26,436 nt of DNA from the IMG/VR virus record IMGVR_UViG_3300006639_000021, positions 1 to 26,436 of that record; one strand, given 5' to 3'. This document shows positions 7,113 through 15,900 of the stretch, in pieces. This DNA is from a virus. Taxonomy: Duplodnaviria; Caudoviricetes. Position 1 is the first letter of the stretch. Every line of letters starts with the position of its first letter. The translations under genes and the position numbers were made by a program. The notes under the pieces were generated by a model. That model was not told where the DNA came from. It made no database searches and was given only the letters and a program-made list of their open reading frames with translations.

Positions 7113-7876
7113 ACTACTGCCGCCAACTGATAAAGGCGGCAATCCACGAACCAGAATTTGTAGACCTTGCAGAAACAGCTAAATTAGCTGTAAAGTTTTG
7201 TCTACCTGACAGTGGTATCGTACTTGAAGACACTGACCTTCGTGGGCTCGACGGTGGTATTGAGCTTTGCTTACCGTTTGACCGTATCGCTTTGGAGTTC
7301 ACTGAGCCTAGAGAACCAAAGCCTGGAGAGTTACGGTCATCAAAACGCGTGATCATCGCAGAACAGACAGAAGAGAAAATAGAATGCATGACCGCTATAT
7401 GGATGGATAGTAAGCAAAAGTGGATACCTTACATTGGTTTTGGTTTACCCAGAAGCGGCTATCTGTTCAGTATGGATGGCGTCAGGCAGATGCGTATCTA
7501 CTGCGACGCTGGAAACATCCATGACATCGCTCAAGAAGCCGAGGTACTGTTGAATTTCATCAACGCACTTCAGTGCAGCAACGTAGAAATTGCCAAAACT
7601 GAAGGCAGAAAAAAGTCGGTCAAACACATCAAAGACGCACTTCCGTTTGACGACTACCATTTCTTGGCGATCAAGCGCCCGGAGGGCACATCAGAGTCTT
7701 CAGGGTCTGGGGGTACGCACCGGTCCCCCCGCGAGCACCTGCGTCGGGGTCACATCAGGCGGCTCCAGACCGGCAAGAAAGTTTGGGTCAGTGCGACCGT
7801 GGTCTGCGCCGGTCGTGGGGGCAAAGTCTCCAAAGACTATCTGATGGCGCTTGACACAGCCAAAGTTCAACCGTAG
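7100..7876 (+). CDS. hypothetical protein with C-terminal SPRxHxRRGHxR motif (258 aa)
   Basis: GGAGGT SD before ATG 7100 (MQPLNYC...). AT-rich body with C-terminal SPREHLRRGHIRRL..GKKVWV. Confidence 0.75.
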   Translation: MQPLNYCRQLIKAAIHEPEFVDLAETAKLAVKFCLPDSGIVLEDTDLRGLDGGIELCLPFDRIALEFTEPREPKPGELRSSKRVIIAEQTEEKIECMTAIWMDSKQKWIPYIGFGLPRSGYLFSMDGVRQMRIYCDAGNIHDIAQEAEVLLNFINALQCSNVEIAKTEGRKKSVKHIKDALPFDDYHFLAIKRPEGTSESSGSGGTHRSPREHLRRGHIRRLQTGKKVWVSATVVCAGRGGKVSKDYLMALDTAKVQP

Positions 7877-7879
7877 ACT
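7851..7879 (+). promoter_or_regulatory. sigma70-type promoter
   Basis: TTGACA (7851-7856), 17-nt spacer, TAGACT (7874-7879), 25 nt upstream of an ATG that has an AGGAGG SD. Confidence 0.7.
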
Positions 7880-7904
7880 TTGTACCCCAGCCACAGGAGG
7901 CCGC

Positions 7905-8315
7905 ATGGAACAGAACCCCGAGGCACCTCAGGTGCCCACTGAAAAGCTCGTCAAGACGTACATCAAGATGCGCGATGCGCGTGCAGCGCTCGCCAAGAAG
8001 TACGAAGAGGACGACAAAGCCATCAAAGATCAGATGGAACTGGTTGAGCACGCCCTCATGGACGTGTGCAAGAAAGCGGGTGCAGATAGCATCCGCACCG
8101 GAGCAGGCACCGTGATTCGCGGTGTCAAGACGTCGTACTGGACTTCCGACTGGGAGTCTATGCACAACTTCATCAAGGAGAACCAAGCACTTGATCTACT
8201 AGAAAGACGCATCGCGCAGCGGGCTATGAAGGATTGGCTCGAAGCGAACCCCGACAAGATGCCCAAGGGACTCAACACTGAGTCGAAGTACACCGTGACC
8301 GTAAGGAGGTCGTAA
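7905..8315 (+). CDS. phage replication-module protein with N-terminal coiled coil (136 aa)
   Basis: AGGAGG SD and ATG 7905. YIKMRD...SIRT..GT...DW....FI pattern, recalled from proteins upstream of SSB-like genes in such phages. Confidence 0.75.
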   Translation: MEQNPEAPQVPTEKLVKTYIKMRDARAALAKKYEEDDKAIKDQMELVEHALMDVCKKAGADSIRTGAGTVIRGVKTSYWTSDWESMHNFIKENQALDLLERRIAQRAMKDWLEANPDKMPKGLNTESKYTVTVRRS

Positions 8316-8549
8316 TGGAGAACCAACACCGCCTTATCAAAGGCTACCGAGACCTGACACAGGACGAGATTAGCCTGATGAATGAGATCAAGGAACAAGG
8401 AAAGCAACTAGGAGATCTTGTTGCTACTTTGAAACAAATGCCTAACGTAGACCAACGCTGGGTGTCTATTGGTGCAACCGATCTACAGACCGGTTTGATG
8501 GCGCTTACCCGGGCTGTAGCCCGTCCCGAAACCTTTTGAGGTCGTAATG
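8306..8549 (+). repeat. 12-bp direct repeat GAGGTCGTAATG flanking acb2
   Basis: Exact copies at 8306-8317 and 8538-8549. Confidence 0.9.
8315..8539 (+). CDS. acb2: Acb2-family anti-CBASS cyclic-nucleotide sponge
   Basis: MENQHRLIKGYRDLTQDEISLMNEIK...RWVSIGATDLQTGLMALTRAVARPETF aligns by eye with Acb2 as recalled (MDNQH..IKGYRDL..EEI.MMN..K...RWLAIGKTDIQTGMMA..RAIAQPDSF). Y11 and K26 fall at the same positions. Confidence 0.9.
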   Translation: MENQHRLIKGYRDLTQDEISLMNEIKEQGKQLGDLVATLKQMPNVDQRWVSIGATDLQTGLMALTRAVARPETF

Positions 8550-9500
8550 TCTGAACTCACTCTCTTCCAAACCGGCAACCAACTGCCGGCACACCTGCGC
8601 CGCAGCACTGCGGAACTCAGCCCGCTGACCAAGTCGCTCATGGGCGGCGGCAACTCGAAGCGCATCAGCATCGAGAACAACGTCTGGCACATGCTTGTCG
8701 GCGGCAAGGAAGTCGCCGTCAACGAAGACCGGGCGATGAACGTCATCGTCATCCGCAGTGCAGATGCGAATCGCCGCACGTTCTACGGCACCACCTACGA
8801 GAAGGGTGTCAAGGGCCGTCCGCAGTGCTGGTCTGAGGATGGTGTCAAGCCCCACACATCGGTGAAGACGCCGCAGCACCGCACCTGTGCAGGGTGCCCG
8901 CAGGACATCAAGGGCTCCGGAACCAACGAGTCGAAGGCGTGCCGGTACAGCCGCCCCGTGGCGCTGCTGTTGGAAAACGACATGCAGGGTGACATCTACG
9001 CGCTGAACATCAACGCGTCGAGCCTCTTCGGCCAGGGCGAAGGGCGCAAGATGGGCCTTCAGCAGTACGCTCGGTTCCTCGGCGGGCACGGGGTCGAAAT
9101 CAACGCTGTCGTGACCGAGATGCGCTTCGATGCCACGGCGAACATGAAGCTGGTGTTCAGCGCGGTGCGTCCGCTGACTGAAGAGGAGTACCGGATCGCC
9201 GTCGATCGCCAGAACGATCTCGAAGCGGTCAACGCGGTGACCGTGAGCATCGCTGACATGGACAACGTCCCTGCGGCTCCTGAGCCCGCTCCTGCGCCTG
9301 CGCCAGCCCCTGTGGCTGCGCCGAAGCCTGCGGCCAAGCCTGCCCCTGCACCCAGCGCGTTCAAGGTCACCAAGGACGTGCCAGCACCCGCCGAAGAAGC
9401 GCCTGTGGTGCGCGAAGCCAAGGCCTCTGCGCCTGTGGTAGCAGACGGCCCGAACGTCAACGCGATCCTCGCCGCATGGGGCGACGACGCTGACGACTGA
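8547..9500 (+). CDS. putative single-stranded DNA-binding / annealing protein
   Basis: Replication-module position, CWS...CAGCPQ...CR putative metal site, Pro/Ala linker, acidic tail WGDDADD. Confidence 0.6.
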   Translation: MSELTLFQTGNQLPAHLRRSTAELSPLTKSLMGGGNSKRISIENNVWHMLVGGKEVAVNEDRAMNVIVIRSADANRRTFYGTTYEKGVKGRPQCWSEDGVKPHTSVKTPQHRTCAGCPQDIKGSGTNESKACRYSRPVALLLENDMQGDIYALNINASSLFGQGEGRKMGLQQYARFLGGHGVEINAVVTEMRFDATANMKLVFSAVRPLTEEEYRIAVDRQNDLEAVNAVTVSIADMDNVPAAPEPAPAPAPAPVAAPKPAAKPAPAPSAFKVTKDVPAPAEEAPVVREAKASAPVVADGPNVNAILAAWGDDADD

Positions 9501-9505
9501 TTGAC

Positions 9506-9593
9506 GGGGGCGGCGGTCAGCGCCGTGAGCAGTGTTTTTTCGCTTGAGTGTCTCCGCACTGTGATAGCCCCGGGTTGCGCCGGGGCCGCCCCC
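9506..9593 (+). promoter_or_regulatory. structured intergenic element
   Basis: GGGGGCGGC (9506-9514) can pair with GCCGCCCCC (9585-9593). Internal hairpins AGTG-TCTCCG-CACT and CCCCGG-GTTGCG-CCGGGG. Confidence 0.5.
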
Positions 9594-9603
9594 ACCCAAC
9601 ACC

Positions 9604-9834
9604 ATGTACACCACAAAGATCATCCGGCGCAACGCCGACGCTGACCCGAGCCTGCTCGGCGTGCAGCTTGGTCGCCTGTGCATTCACAGGTGCGTTTCTG
9701 TGAACCAAGTCATCGCAGACCTTGGCGTGACCAAGGGCGCGGTCTACTCATGGTTCTCGGGTCAACGGGACGTGTCCAAGCACTTGCGCTCCAAGGTCTT
9801 GGCGTATTACCGTTCGATCCTCGCCTTGCCCTGA
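9604..9834 (+). CDS. Cro/XRE-like HTH transcriptional regulator
   Basis: SVNQVIADLGVTKGAVYSWFSG HTH, directly upstream of the primase. Confidence 0.78.
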   Translation: MYTTKIIRRNADADPSLLGVQLGRLCIHRCVSVNQVIADLGVTKGAVYSWFSGQRDVSKHLRSKVLAYYRSILALP

Positions 9835-9893
9835 CCGGGCATCCATGCACCATCCGCAACGCTCGCCGCGTTTGTGGCTAACTCCGTGTCACC

Positions 9894-12707
9894 ATGTCTC
9901 CAAAAGAGTTCCTTGAGAACGTTCTCCCACATGGCACGCGATACTCCCTCAGGCTAGTCAAGAAAGTTCCGCTCAAAGACACTCTCGTTTGGGATCGTCG
10001 TTACACCTCTTTTGCCAGCATGGCGGAAGCGGTCGAAGAGTTCAGTAACGGCGGATGGGATGTGTACTATGCAACCGCTGGCTTTGGCGCAGAAGAACAC
10101 TCAAAGGCCACCAATGCAGTTGCCAAGAGGGAGTTTTACGTCGATGTGGATTGCGGGCCTAAGAAGCCCTACGCTGACAAAGCCGCTGGCCTGTCAGCAC
10201 TCCGTGAATTTTGCAAGGTAGTAGGCCTGCCGAAACCTACGCTGATTGACTCAGGCAATGGCCTGCACGCACACTGGTATCTTGACAACCCCATACCGGT
10301 GCATGAGTGGAAGGCGACAGCCGAAGCCCTGAAGGCGCGTTGTGTCAAAGAAGAGTTTGAAGTTGATGGTGACTGCACCGCCGACATCGTTCGGGTACTG
10401 CGTATCCCCGGCACCCTGAACAAGAAGAACGACAGTCCTGTCGTCCTGCTCACGCCGATCAAATACCACGCCTTCGAGTCCATCCGTGACGCAGTGGGCG
10501 TGGCCGCTGCCGACATGTTCGCCAAGGCCCGGGCGCTGTCGGGCGGGGTCTCTGATGAGACCAAGAAGCTGTACATCGACCCCAATAGGGTCAGCAAGTT
10601 CGAGACGATCTGGATCAAGTCCAGCAACGGCGAAGGCTGTGCGCAGATCGCTGAGGCAGCGAAGAACCAAGAGGCCGTGCCGGAGCCCGTATGGCGTGCC
10701 GTGCTGTCGATCGCTCAGCACTGTGAGGACCGTGACTGGGCCATACATGAGGTCTCCAAGAACCACCCGAACTACAGCCCCGACGAGACGGAGCGCAAGG
10801 CAGCGCTGACCAAGGGCCCGTACACGTGCGAGACGTTCCAAGGTCTGGACAACGCCAAGCTGTGCGCAGGGTGCCCGCACATCGGCAAGATCAAGTCACC
10901 GATTCAGCTCGGCTCCGAGATCAAGCTGGCACCGCCCGAGCCCATTCAGGTCGAAGTCGAGAACGAGACCATCGAGATCCCGCCATACCCACGGCCATTC
11001 TCTCGGGGGGCTACAGGCGGTATCTATCACGACATCACAAAATCAGATGGAGTAGAACGCGTCAAGATATACAACCACGACATCTATATCTACAAACGCA
11101 TGCGTGACGGCACCGGTGGGGGTGATACGTTGTGGGCTAGGCACCATCTGCCACATGGCGACGTGCGAGAGTTCAGCATCCTCCAGAGTGAGATAGCAGC
11201 GGCGGACAAGTTCAAAGAGGCAGTGAACCGTGAAGGTGTCATTGCTTTCGACCCCCGGCAGTTGTTGTCGTTGCAGCAGATGTTCGGTCTGATGATCCGC
11301 GACTTACAGTTCAGGGAGAAAGCAGACAACATGAGAACTAGATTCGGATGGACCCCTGAAGACACGTTCATCATTGGGAACCGCGAGTACACCAAGCGCG
11401 GCGTCATCTACACACCGATTGCCAAGCCCATCGAGCACTACGTGCCGTGGCTGAGCCCCAAGGGTTCGATCGACGTGTGGAAGCAGGCCGCTGCACACTA
11501 CGACACACCGGAGATGGACTTCCATGCGGCGGGGGTGCTCGCCGGGTTTGGTAGTGCGCTGATGCACCTCTCGCCGGAGAACGGCGGGATCATCAACTAC
11601 TACTCGAAGAAGTCAGGCACCGGTAAGACGACCATCTTGCGCATGGCCAATGCGATCTGGGGCGACCCTGTGGCTTTGATGAAAGATGCGCAGGACAAGA
11701 CCCTGACCAAGGTGCACCGGCTGGGGGTGATGAACGGGATCGTCGGCACCCTTGATGAGATGACCAACGCAGAGCCGAACGAAATGTCGGATCTGGTCTA
11801 CAACAACACGCAGGGGCGTGGGCGTGACCGCATGGAAGCGGGGCGCAACATGGAGCGGGTCAATAACGTTCGTTGGAAGCAGATGTCTATCTGGTCCAGC
11901 AACTCTACGATTGAAGACCGGCTCATGATGATCAAGAGCGACCCGGCTGGAGAACTGGCCCGTATCCTTGAGATTCATCTTACGACACCCGTACCCTCTG
12001 ATGTGCTGGAGACAAAGAAGCTATTCGACAATCTGTTGACGAACTATGGTCACGCTGGTGACGTGTTCATGCGTTTTGTCATTCCTAACCTAGACTACGC
12101 CAAGAAGATATGGGAAGACACGCGGGACAACATCTACAGGATGGGTAGCTGGACACAGACTGAGCGGTTCAAGCTGAACAACGTGATTTGCATCATCGCT
12201 GCTGGCATTATCACGAACAGTATTGGACTGACCAGCTACAACATCAAGAGAATCCTGAACAAGCTCATCTCGTTGATCAAGCAGGCCACGGTAGAGCAGA
12301 GTGTGTCTGCAACCACGGCGGTGTCCACCGTCGCGTCCTACATCAACAAGAACATCCGCAACGTGCTGATTGTCAACAGGAAGCCTGCGGCGGTAGGTAT
12401 CAATGACAGGCCTGCACTGGAGCCTATGGGCGAACTGCTGATCCGCTACGAACCGGATAGCGACACGCTGTGGATTACCAAGAAGGAGTTCACCAAGTGG
12501 TGTGCACAGGCCTACATCAACGTGAAGGAGCTGTACTCCTCCTATACCCGTGAAACAGGTGGCACCATGACTCTGACGAAGAAGCGGATGGGTGCAGGCT
12601 GGCGCAGCGACTTCGGCCCTGTGGACGCGATCGAGTTCCCGCAGGCCAAGAAGGCTTTGAACCTTGACCTCGATGTCTCAGCGAACCAAACGGCTGAAGC
12701 TGGTTGA
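9894..12707 (+). CDS. primase-helicase (AEP/RepB-like primase + DUF927-type P-loop domain)
   Basis: VDVD, SGNGLHAHW and RVLRIPGT primase motifs, a Cys-containing PriCT-like region, SGTGKTT Walker A, LDE Walker B, GRGRDR. Confidence 0.88.
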   Translation: MSPKEFLENVLPHGTRYSLRLVKKVPLKDTLVWDRRYTSFASMAEAVEEFSNGGWDVYYATAGFGAEEHSKATNAVAKREFYVDVDCGPKKPYADKAAGLSALREFCKVVGLPKPTLIDSGNGLHAHWYLDNPIPVHEWKATAEALKARCVKEEFEVDGDCTADIVRVLRIPGTLNKKNDSPVVLLTPIKYHAFESIRDAVGVAAADMFAKARALSGGVSDETKKLYIDPNRVSKFETIWIKSSNGEGCAQIAEAAKNQEAVPEPVWRAVLSIAQHCEDRDWAIHEVSKNHPNYSPDETERKAALTKGPYTCETFQGLDNAKLCAGCPHIGKIKSPIQLGSEIKLAPPEPIQVEVENETIEIPPYPRPFSRGATGGIYHDITKSDGVERVKIYNHDIYIYKRMRDGTGGGDTLWARHHLPHGDVREFSILQSEIAAADKFKEAVNREGVIAFDPRQLLSLQQMFGLMIRDLQFREKADNMRTRFGWTPEDTFIIGNREYTKRGVIYTPIAKPIEHYVPWLSPKGSIDVWKQAAAHYDTPEMDFHAAGVLAGFGSALMHLSPENGGIINYYSKKSGTGKTTILRMANAIWGDPVALMKDAQDKTLTKVHRLGVMNGIVGTLDEMTNAEPNEMSDLVYNNTQGRGRDRMEAGRNMERVNNVRWKQMSIWSSNSTIEDRLMMIKSDPAGELARILEIHLTTPVPSDVLETKKLFDNLLTNYGHAGDVFMRFVIPNLDYAKKIWEDTRDNIYRMGSWTQTERFKLNNVICIIAAGIITNSIGLTSYNIKRILNKLISLIKQATVEQSVSATTAVSTVASYINKNIRNVLIVNRKPAAVGINDRPALEPMGELLIRYEPDSDTLWITKKEFTKWCAQAYINVKELYSSYTRETGGTMTLTKKRMGAGWRSDFGPVDAIEFPQAKKALNLDLDVSANQTAEAG

Positions 12708-12909
12708 CGGCAGGCTGGTGCACCGTGGGGCTGAGTATCAGCTCCCTCAGTGGCTAGAGATCGGGCAGAGCTTCTTCCTGCCCACGCTCAAGAGCGATGA
12801 GCTGATCACCAAGGTCAAAGCCCGGTACGCGGCGCGGGGCATTCAGGTGGTGCACGAGATGCGCATCGAGGCTGACCACCTTGGCATCAGGGTCTGGAGG
12901 GTGCTATAG
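12673..12909 (+). CDS. small conserved phage protein, possibly DNA-binding
   Basis: LEIGQSFFLP...GIRVWR pattern typical of small proteins following phage primases. Confidence 0.65.
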   Translation: MSQRTKRLKLVDGRLVHRGAEYQLPQWLEIGQSFFLPTLKSDELITKVKARYAARGIQVVHEMRIEADHLGIRVWRVL

Positions 12910-12910
12910 T
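12902..12910 (+). promoter_or_regulatory. extended -10 promoter element
   Basis: TGCTATAGT matches TGnTATAAT, with 5/6 in the hexamer. No ORF lies downstream on this strand. Confidence 0.45.
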
Positions 12911-12915
12911 CCCAC

Positions 12916-12991
12916 CCGTCAAAAGTTCGGCCCGTTGACTGTGCGTCTCCTAGTTAGCCCCGGGTTGAGCTTGCTCCCCGGGGCGCTTTTT
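12916..12991 (+). ncRNA. candidate ~75-nt small RNA carrying an anti-SD sequence
   Basis: Bounded by the extended -10 and the terminator. 5' GTCAA/TTGAC stem, then an unpaired GCGTCTCCTAG. Confidence 0.35.
12957..12991 (+). terminator. intrinsic terminator between the convergent arms
   Basis: GCCCCGGG (12957-12964) / CCCGGGGC (12977-12984) stem followed by GCTTTTT. Confidence 0.8.
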
Positions 12992-15900
12992 CATCTAGAC
13001 GCGTCCATCATCCGCTGCTCCTCGGTAACCTGACGACGCAGCCGGTACACATCCCGGGCAAGGTCGTTTTGTTGGGTACGCAGGTCGTTGATGATCACGC
13101 GCCGCTCTTCAGGTGAGAGATCAGTCATCTTGTCGATAGCACGGGCCTGGGCGTTGAGAGCACGGATCGCCTCCATCGTGCTACGCACCTCGCTACGTAC
13201 CACGTACAGGCCGAAGTTGTCCTTGAGGTACTTCTCTGCATCCTCAGGGTTATCCTTCAGCTTGCGGTTGTAAGAGTTGTAGACCTGCTCGACAGACCTG
13301 TCAAGGTTGTAGATCTCGTCAAGGTAGCGCATGCCGACCGGGTCCTTCATCACAGCCGAGGCACCTGTTAGCTGAGCTGCAATCGTCTGGTGCAGGGGGC
13401 GGTCCGTCCGCGTGGGGTTGACCATGACATCAGCAACGCTCAAGGCGATACCTGCGGACATACCGAACATGCCCCGCACCAAGTTCTCCAGCATGATCGG
13501 GGAAGTCTTCAGCGACTCGATGCCCGTCGATGTGGCAATGTCAGTCAGAGTTCTGGACGCAGCCTTCATCGTCTCGGACGTGCCGGTACCGTAGCGCTCG
13601 GACGGGTCGAGGGCCAACTGCGCCTGAGACTCCAGTGGGCGTCCAAGGAAGAACGAGTAGTTCATGAGGTTCTCAAGAACCGGCTTGACGATCTGCGGGG
13701 TGAGGTTCGGAGCCCAGAAGAGGTCGACACCGTTGAGCATCAGTTCCTTCAGCACCCGGATACCGTCACGTTCTTCTGGTGTGCCTTGGAACTTGAAGTA
13801 CTGCACCACACGCTCGGGGATGGCTTTGAAGAAGAACGACAGTTCAGGAGGGATCGGAATGCCGGGCACGAAGCCAAGCTCCTTGCCGCCCGGGATGATC
13901 CAGTTCCGATCGCGGACGTGGTCCGGTTGTTTCTGGTATTCCTCGTCGTCCGACATCATCACCGCGTAGCCGAAGCCCATCACAGTCAGCACCCCCATCC
14001 GCTTGTAGAACAGGTTGCGGGCGTAGCCGGTCGTCGCGCCGATGCTGCGCTGGGCGCTCGGGTTGCCTGCCGCTGCCAGCAGGAGCTTGTCCATCGAGCG
14101 GGCGTAGGCGTTGAAGAACGGGATGGTGCGGATGAGGTAGTCGGCAGTCCTCGACGCACCTCTGCGGCTGAAGTTGATGATCTCCCGGGCGCGTAGTTCA
14201 GCCAGTGCCCGGTCACCGGTCTCCTTCAGCGTCTGGTTGTAGATCGCCTCACGCACGGCGACGTCCGAGGCCTTGGCACCGGCCTCCATGATGCGCAGGA
14301 TGGCCTTGCCGATAGAGCGCGGCGCGAGCCCGGTCTCTTCCAAGATGTTCTTGACGTTGCCACCGATGACGGTGTCATAGGCAGGCACCACACCCGACCT
14401 GGCAAGCTCTCGTACAGCGGCGGACTCCGTACCCCTGATTTCATTCCACCAGTTCAGGGGGAAGTTCAGCAAAATGCGGGGGAGCATCGCGGCAGGGTTC
14501 TTGACCCCCGAGTGCACATATGCCCGGGTGATGTCATCGAAGACCTGCTTGATAGCGAACGGCGGCGTAGCGGTCACACCGATGCGCAGGTACTTCGAGA
14601 ACTTCTGAGCCCCTCGAATCATGAGGGGGATGTCAGTTTTCGGTGTACCGATGAACGCCGCAAGGTTGGCAGGGTCGGGAACGTAGAAGACTTTCTTCTG
14701 TCCGTTGACGTAGGCGTCAACAAGTGCCCCCTGCTTATTGTTGTCAACAGCAGCACGGTTTGGCACAAAGTCAGCGTAGCCAAGCAGCTCCATCTCAGGC
14801 AACGCACGGCCAACTGCGTCTGCCTTCATCGACTCATTAACCATCCAATCCATGAGCTTCGAGAAGCTCTCAACAGGGTTCTGAGTCTGACGATCTTGAG
14901 AGCCTTTGTACTTTGCAATCTCCTTGAACGCAGTCAGCTTTGCGTTAGAGCCCCCACCCTGCGGGAGTGCCAGATTGTCGAAGTCGTCAATCCGAGAGAA
15001 GGGGACGTAGCCTATCGCGTCCTTCCAGACCTGGGCTTTGGCTGGCGTGATGCGACCAGCCTCAACCATTGCGTCGATCATGGTGAAGCGGATTTGGTCC
15101 AGCTTCTCACTTACCCCTTTGATGAACGCATCGGATTGGAAGGCTTGCTCTGCCGTTGCAGCCTCTTGGGGGGTCAAGAAGAAGTCGAGTCCAGCGGCCT
15201 GCGGAGAGTTCATCAACTCGTATTCGCGATGCGAAGCCAGCAACTCACCGACGTCTTTCAGGAACGTCTCGGGCTTGATCCCGCGTACCTTGGCCTCAGC
15301 GGCGATCTCTTCGAGCACCTTGTTGTAGCTGATCTGCTGCCCGTTGTAGGTCAGCGTGTCAACGCTGAGCAACCCGGTCGGGTCACGCCGCATCGTGCCG
15401 TACTTCTTGACTTCGGTGGCGAAGCGCGGTGCATCCAGTGCCCGGGACAGCAAGAACACCGGGTTGTAGTCCCCCCGGTTGTCGCGGATACGGTTGCCGT
15501 AGGCTCTGGTGAAGACGTAATCCACACCCGCCAACTGGTCCATCGCCTGTGCACGGAATCCGAGCGCTAGGTTGCCACCAAGTTTGGCTTGCAGGGACTG
15601 ACCCAGCGTGCGCTCTTCCTTTTCTCCGACGAGGGAGCGGTACCGAGTCTGCCCGGTGGCAGTGCTTGGCTTGATCCCCGCTTGAATCGCATCGCGGATG
15701 AAGGCTTGCAGAGGGTCGAGGCCCATCGTGCGGATGGCACGGGCCAGCCCCGGCATGCCGATCCGGTCAGCGAGTCGTGCGAAGAAGTTCCCCAGTTGCC
15801 GCAGCGTGGAGCCGGTGAGCTTGGTCGCCTCTGCCATCTCGGCAAGGGCTTCCTCCACTGCCAGCACGCGAGCTTCCTCGGGGCTCATGCCCTCGGTGTC

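Noticed and set aside
9268-9440. Imperfect short repeats in the SSB-like gene
   Set aside because: Explained by a Pro/Ala/Lys low-complexity linker.
8505-9683. Long antisense ORFs (also 940-1719, 3855-4625, 13390-14196, 14512-15570, 20374-21321)
   Set aside because: Shadow ORFs expected opposite high-GC genes. They have no recognisable motifs and conflict with well-supported genes.
12910-12960. Minus-strand AGGAG as the SD of a small ORF
   Set aside because: No start codon at a usable distance downstream on the minus strand.
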